Under the pieces are notes generated by a model, which ran no database searches, had not been told where the DNA came from, and saw nothing but the letters and a program-made list of their open reading frames with translations. The position numbers and the translations under genes are program-made. 61,103 nucleotides of DNA from an uncultured Polyangiaceae bacterium. Lineage in GTDB: Bacteria > Myxococcota_A > Polyangia > Polyangiales > Houyiibacteriaceae. The stretch lies in contig CAXMRN010000228.1 in NCBI GenBank assembly GCA_964195565.1, forward strand, positions 1 through 61,103, read 5' to 3'. Position 1 is the stretch's first letter; every line of letters starts with the position of its first letter. Positions 56,577-61,103 of the stretch are shown one piece after another.

Positions 56577-58086
56577 TGCCAGACCGCGTTTCCCGCACGT
56601 CGGGGAACTCCTCGAGCGACCTGCCCTCTTCGCGAAACAAGTCGATCGACTCGAGAAAGCCGTGCGCGAGCTCCGGGTCGAACTGGCTCCCGCCACAGCG
56701 GTCGATCTCGGAGATGGCGAGGTCGTGGGCGAGCGCCTTTCGATACGCACGGTCGCTGGTCATCGCGTCGTAGGTGTCCGCCACGGCGATGATGCGCGCA
56801 ATGATGGGGACGTCATTTCCTTTGAGGCCGAGCGGATAGCCGAGCCCATCCCAGCGCTCGTGGTGCAGATGTACGCCCGGAATGAGCGGATGAAGGAACT
56901 CGATCGGCTGCAAGATGTCGCGACCGTGGTCGGGGTGCTGCTTGAAGATTTCGTATTCTTCTTGGGTCAGCTTCCCGGGCTTGTTCAGGTTCATCACGCA
57001 GCCGATTTTGCCGATGTCATGCATCAGCGCCGATTGCCGCACAATCTCGATGTCGGCGTCGCTCAGGCCGAGCTTGATGGCGAGGATCTGCGCATACGCC
57101 GCGACCCGCGCGGAGTGTCCCGCCGTGTAGCGGTCCATCTTGTCGATTGCGCTCGCGAGCCCGCGGATGGTCTGCTTGAACGTCGCCTGGAGGTCTTCGT
57201 AGAGCCGCGCGTTCTCGATGGCGGCCGAGGCGCGGTCGGCGGTGGCGTGCAGGAGCTTGCGCTGCCCTTCGTCAAAGCGCTTTCCCCGCGTATAGCTGAG
57301 CGCGCACAAGAAACCGATGGTATCGCCGCGCGCGGTGAGTCGGGCGACGGCGAGTGATTGCGGCGACGGCTCCTCCTCGACCTCGTCGAAGTAGCGCCAG
57401 CACCGCTCCCCATGCTCGAGGAGCGCCGGTGCGTGCACAAAATGCTCGCCCAGAGTCTCGATGTTCAAGGTGTCCGGCTCGCGCCGCAGTCGAAAGTTGG
57501 GGTTGAGCTCGGTGCTCCGCCGATAGAAGCTCCCGCCTCCGTCGCTTAGGAGCACGGTGACCAGGTCGGAATCGACCTCGTCGATGGCGGCGCGGCTCAA
57601 CGTGTGCACGACCTGCTCGAGCGAGAGGCTTGCCGCTATTGCTTCGCTCACTTTGTAGAGTGAGAGCGCTTCTTTGAGGCGGAAGTTCTCGGCTTCGAGG
57701 CGCTGCGTCTCGAGGCCGCGCCGAATCGTATGGACGACTTCCTCGACCTTGAACGGCTTGAGGACGTAGTCGTACGCGCCCTGCTTCATTGCTTCGATCG
57801 CCGTTTCCACGGTGCCAAATCCCGTCATGATGATCGTCACGACGTGCGGCGTGTGCTTACGAATCGCGCCGAGCAGTTCGAGGCCGCCCATGTTGGGCAT
57901 TTTCAGGTCGCTCAGCACGAGGTCGAAGCGGTCGCGCGAAAGCTCGACAAGCGCGGCGCTCCCGTCCTCCGCGGTGCGGACGTAGAAGCCCTCCATCGTC
58001 AGGAAGTCTGCGAGAATTTCCCGTATGACTTCCTCGTCGTCGACCACGAGGACCTTCGCGACGTCTTCGCCTGGCTGCCCGCTCAT
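56557..58086 (-). CDS. REC-GAF-HD-GYP cyclic dinucleotide phosphodiesterase
   Basis: REC (LVVDDE, SDLKMP), GAF-like middle, YTAGHS, HDIGK, HHERWDGLGYP and ADTYDAM. Confidence 0.93.
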   Translation of the reverse strand: MSGQPGEDVAKVLVVDDEEVIREILADFLTMEGFYVRTAEDGSAALVELSRDRFDLVLSDLKMPNMGGLELLGAIRKHTPHVVTIIMTGFGTVETAIEAMKQGAYDYVLKPFKVEEVVHTIRRGLETQRLEAENFRLKEALSLYKVSEAIAASLSLEQVVHTLSRAAIDEVDSDLVTVLLSDGGGSFYRRSTELNPNFRLRREPDTLNIETLGEHFVHAPALLEHGERCWRYFDEVEEEPSPQSLAVARLTARGDTIGFLCALSYTRGKRFDEGQRKLLHATADRASAAIENARLYEDLQATFKQTIRGLASAIDKMDRYTAGHSARVAAYAQILAIKLGLSDADIEIVRQSALMHDIGKIGCVMNLNKPGKLTQEEYEIFKQHPDHGRDILQPIEFLHPLIPGVHLHHERWDGLGYPLGLKGNDVPIIARIIAVADTYDAMTSDRAYRKALAHDLAISEIDRCGGSQFDPELAHGFLESIDLFREEGRSLEEFPDVRETRSGIMAPRT

Positions 58087-58102
58087 GAACGTATGGCCTT
58101 GG

Positions 58103-58132
58103 CTAGTACTCCGGTCCGCGCGATCGTGTCAA
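58103..58132 (-). promoter_or_regulatory. Putative promoter of the HD-GYP gene, TTGACA-N18-TACTAG
   Basis: Perfect -35; the -10 lies 16 nt before the ATG. Confidence 0.5.
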
Positions 58133-58189
58133 ATCCGAGGGTTGGCTGCATTGCGGCTCGAGGCGCACTTTGATACATCCCGCTCGACC

Positions 58190-58747
58190 TTGCCATCGAC
58201 AACTCGGATCACGACGCTCGCGTTCGTCGTTTACACCCCGCTGACACTGGGTGCCTTGGCCTGGGCATGGTTCGGTGGGGATCGCTTCGCTTGGACGCTT
58301 GCGGAGCCTTGGCTGGTCGCGCCGTACTGGCAGCGCCTTACGCTCTCCCTCGGGTTGGGTCTCGCGCTGGCGCTTGCCGTGGTCGCCCTGACCCCGATCC
58401 TCATTCGACGGACCGAGTGGGCGCGCGCTCTCCACGCAGAGCTCAGGGAGATCGTCTCTCCGCTGTCATCTTCCGAGATCACCTGGCTGGCGCTTGCCTC
58501 CGGGTTTGCCGAGGAGCTCTTCTTTCGAGGGGCGATGCAGCCGGTTCTGGGGCTGCTGATCACCTCGGTCATCTTTGGCGCCGTTCACGTCGGCCCAAAG
58601 CGCGTATTCCTAGCCTGGACGACCTGGGCGTTCGTCATGGGCATTTTGTTGGGTCTGATCTTCGAAGCGACCGGCGTACTCTGGGGCGCTGTTTTGGCCC
58701 ACGTTTGGATCAATCAACGCAACATGGCCTTCATTCGGCGACATTGA
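58190..58747 (+). CDS. CPBP (Abi/CAAX) intramembrane glutamic endopeptidase
   Basis: EELFFRG, FGAVH and HVWIN motifs with TMs; TTG start inferred. Confidence 0.88.
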   Translation: MPSTTRITTLAFVVYTPLTLGALAWAWFGGDRFAWTLAEPWLVAPYWQRLTLSLGLGLALALAVVALTPILIRRTEWARALHAELREIVSPLSSSEITWLALASGFAEELFFRGAMQPVLGLLITSVIFGAVHVGPKRVFLAWTTWAFVMGILLGLIFEATGVLWGAVLAHVWINQRNMAFIRRH

Positions 58748-58772
58748 CGCTCGACGCGCCCCTTTCTACCCT
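58744..58772 (+). promoter_or_regulatory. Putative promoter of the FHA-GGDEF gene, TTGACG-N17-TACCCT
   Basis: 17-nt spacer; 12 nt before GTG 58785. Confidence 0.55.
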
Positions 58773-58784
58773 GAGTGGATACCC

Positions 58785-59684
58785 GTGGAGAGCGAAATCA
58801 AAACGAGGGTCACGCCCTTTTCGGAGCCTCATATCTCGACCGGGGCCGGTCAAGATTGTCTCGTGGTGATCTACGCGCCCAGCTCGAATCAGTTGGGGAA
58901 GCGCTTCTCGCTGGCAGACGGAACGGTGCAGATCGGCCGAGGGGTCGAGAACGACGTGACTCTCCACAGCGACAGCGTCTCGCGCCGTCACGCGCGCATC
59001 GAGAGGAGCGCTGGAAGCTATCGGGTCGTCGACCTGCACTCGACCAACGGCACGTACGTGAACGACGAGCTCGTGCAGGATCGACAGCTTCGCCGTGGCG
59101 ACCAGATCAAAATCGGCGACACGATCATGAAGTTCCTCAGTGGCGCCGACCTCGAATCTCAGTACCACGAAACGATTTATCGGATGACCATCGTGGATGG
59201 ACTCACCGGTATCCACAACAAGCGCTACCTGGTGGAGCAACTCGACCGAGAGCTGTCGCGCGCGACGCGACATGGACGTCCGCTGAGCCTGGTGATGTGC
59301 GACATCGACCACTTCAAACGGGTCAACGACGAGTTCGGTCACCTGGCGGGGGACCACGTGCTCAAAGAGGTCGCGCAGCTTGCGAAGAGCAGGCTCCGAC
59401 CGGATGACGTGATCGCGCGATACGGCGGAGAAGAGCTCGCGGTCATTCTTCCCGAAACCGACGTGGTCGGCGGCGTTCGTATCGCCGACGAGCTGCGAAA
59501 GATGATTGCGACCGAGACCTTCGTCTTCGAGGACGAAGACATCGATGTCACGATTTCCTGCGGGGTGGCTCAGCTCGAGCCAAAGTGGCGAGCTTACGAC
59601 TTCGTTCGCGCGGCGGACGAGCAGCTCTACGAAGCGAAACGAGCTGGTCGCAATCGGGTGTGTCCCGCGAGTCAATCGACCTGA
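58785..59684 (+). CDS. FHA-GGDEF diguanylate cyclase
   Basis: FHA (IGR, VSRRHA, STNGTYVN); GGDEF (DGLTG, DIDHFKRVND, I-site RPDD, RYGGEEL). Confidence 0.93.
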   Translation: MESEIKTRVTPFSEPHISTGAGQDCLVVIYAPSSNQLGKRFSLADGTVQIGRGVENDVTLHSDSVSRRHARIERSAGSYRVVDLHSTNGTYVNDELVQDRQLRRGDQIKIGDTIMKFLSGADLESQYHETIYRMTIVDGLTGIHNKRYLVEQLDRELSRATRHGRPLSLVMCDIDHFKRVNDEFGHLAGDHVLKEVAQLAKSRLRPDDVIARYGGEELAVILPETDVVGGVRIADELRKMIATETFVFEDEDIDVTISCGVAQLEPKWRAYDFVRAADEQLYEAKRAGRNRVCPASQST

Positions 59685-59708
59685 CGAGTCGTGCTAGGCT
59701 CGGCCCTC

Positions 59709-60956
59709 ATGCGATCGATCGCAGAGGCCCTCGCTTCGATGATGCCGGTGTTTTCTCCGCTGGGGGAACAAGACGTCCATCTGACTGAAGCATCGGGGCG
59801 CCGCGTGTCTCGCGATATCACCGCCCGCTTCGACGCGCCGGCTTTCGATAACAGCGCCATGGATGGCTATGCCGTTCGTGCCGGCGATGTTGCTTCTGCG
59901 ACTGCGGACGCCCCTGTCCGGCTGCCCGTGCGAGGAGAATCTCGCGCTGGGAAGCCTCTTCGAGACGCGATGAGGCGCGGGACCGCGTGCCGTATCTTCA
60001 CGGGCGCGCCGATGCCAACAGGTGCAGACGCAGTCGTCATCCAGGAGGACACCGACCGCCACGGGGACGAGGTGATGATCAAAGAGGCCTCCCCCGAAGG
60101 GCGGCACGTTCGGGCACGAGGGAGCGACGTGTCTTCGGGCTCGCTGTTGTTGCGCCGAGGCGATCGCCTATGGCCCGGCGAAATTGGGCTCCTCGCCGGC
60201 CAGAATATCGACCGCGTGCATGTGTTCCGGCAACCCAAAGTCGCCATCCTCTCGACCGGCGACGAGCTTCGGCAGCTCGGCGATGACCTCGAGCCGGGTA
60301 TGATCGTCAACTCGAACATCTATGTGCTGACCGAAATGCTGCGCGGGCTCGGGGCGATTCCCGTCCCCCTTCCCGCAGCTCCGGACACACTGGCCGACAT
60401 CGAAGCCTCCCTGCGAACCGCCCTCGAAGCGGATGTCGTGATCACGACTGGCGGGGTTTCGGTCGGCGAATACGACTTCGTGAATGAGGCGTTCGAGAAT
60501 GTGGGCATCGAGCTGCTGTTTTGGAAGGTCCGCATGAAACCGGGCAAGCCTGTCTCGTTTGCACAGTACGAGGGCAAACCCGTCATTGGCGTGCCGGGCA
60601 ATCCGATCAGCGCGATGGTGGCGTTCGAGGTGCTGATCGCCCCGTGCTTGCGCCACATGCTTGGGGACCCAAAGCCGCACCCCCAGACGGTGCTTGCGAG
60701 GTTGCGCGATTCATATCGGCGCCGCCCTGGGCGAACCGAGATCGCGCGCGCGCTCGCGACCCGAGAGGGGAATGAAATCGTCGTCACCCTGCATCAGCTG
60801 CAGGGGTCCGGCTCCCTCCCCTCGTTCGTCGGGGTGAACGCCCTCGTCGTTCTGCCCGCCGACAAGGCGGAACTCGCAGCCGGCGAGGAAGTCGAAGCCA
60901 TCCTCTGTGGGCCGGGTTTGACGGGCCCAACGTCGTTTTTCGACGGAATGAGCTGA
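59709..60956 (+). CDS. moeA: Molybdopterin molybdotransferase
   Basis: FDNSAMDGYA, IFTGAP, STGDEL, TGGVSVG, KPGKP and PGNP. Confidence 0.95.
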   Translation: MRSIAEALASMMPVFSPLGEQDVHLTEASGRRVSRDITARFDAPAFDNSAMDGYAVRAGDVASATADAPVRLPVRGESRAGKPLRDAMRRGTACRIFTGAPMPTGADAVVIQEDTDRHGDEVMIKEASPEGRHVRARGSDVSSGSLLLRRGDRLWPGEIGLLAGQNIDRVHVFRQPKVAILSTGDELRQLGDDLEPGMIVNSNIYVLTEMLRGLGAIPVPLPAAPDTLADIEASLRTALEADVVITTGGVSVGEYDFVNEAFENVGIELLFWKVRMKPGKPVSFAQYEGKPVIGVPGNPISAMVAFEVLIAPCLRHMLGDPKPHPQTVLARLRDSYRRRPGRTEIARALATREGNEIVVTLHQLQGSGSLPSFVGVNALVVLPADKAELAAGEEVEAILCGPGLTGPTSFFDGMS

Positions 60957-60996
60957 GCAGATCCACTGTGATTTCGGCCGTTTGTGTGTTGCCTTC

Positions 60997-61024
60997 TTGA
61001 CTAGTGGATCGCGATCATTATGCT
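60997..61024 (+). promoter_or_regulatory. Putative sigma70 promoter TTGACT-N16-TATGCT
   Basis: Upstream of the SD AGGGGA and the ATG at 61052. Confidence 0.55.
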
Positions 61025-61051
61025 GGCGCTCCCTCAAAGGGGATCAGAAGT

Positions 61052-61103
61052 ATGAAGAAGTCCGAGCTCAAGCGGTTTCGCGCCGACCTGGAAGAGAAGA
61101 GAG
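61052..61103 (+). CDS. Partial CDS (MKKSELKRFRADLEEKR...), possibly DksA/TraR family
   Basis: SD and ATG present; only 17 codons visible, so the family call is a weak guess. Confidence 0.4.
   Translation, partial: MKKSELKRFRADLEEKR

Noticed and set aside
58085-58189. Third shared-CATG divergent start (HD-GYP/CPBP)
   Set aside because: The extension looks non-coding and contains the promoters; TTG 58190 is the more plausible start.

Overview
High-GC, gene-dense chromosomal window, very probably from a myxobacterium (Myxococcota; inferred from the Glt-type operon, romR next to valS, and the FHA-GGDEF gene). It carries, in order: a secreted protein with a consensus sigma70 promoter; a Glt/Nfs-type (gltD-E-F-G-like) envelope operon divergent from an ECF sigma/anti-sigma pair; two sigma54 activators; an HD hydrolase; a peptide-binding protein, DacB and oligopeptidase B; a CBS gene bracketed by two copies of a TTAA-bounded palindrome; an RpoD-like sigma factor; ABC systems including a GldA/F/G-like one; trmB, romR, valS, a HAD-UbiA fusion and ogt; a sucrose block (sucrose synthase, an in-frame fructokinase-SPS-SPP triple fusion, and a separate SPP); polA and ffh; three cyclic-dinucleotide enzymes; and moeA. 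No rRNA, tRNA, CRISPR array or transposase was seen. The most notable items are the PfkB-SPS-SPP fusion and sucrose cycle, the palindrome pair with strand-specific G/T depletion in the flanking genes, a sigma factor with a natural Q437H-equivalent substitution, and a recurrent leaderless-promoter layout. All functional calls come from motif reading, not database searches.
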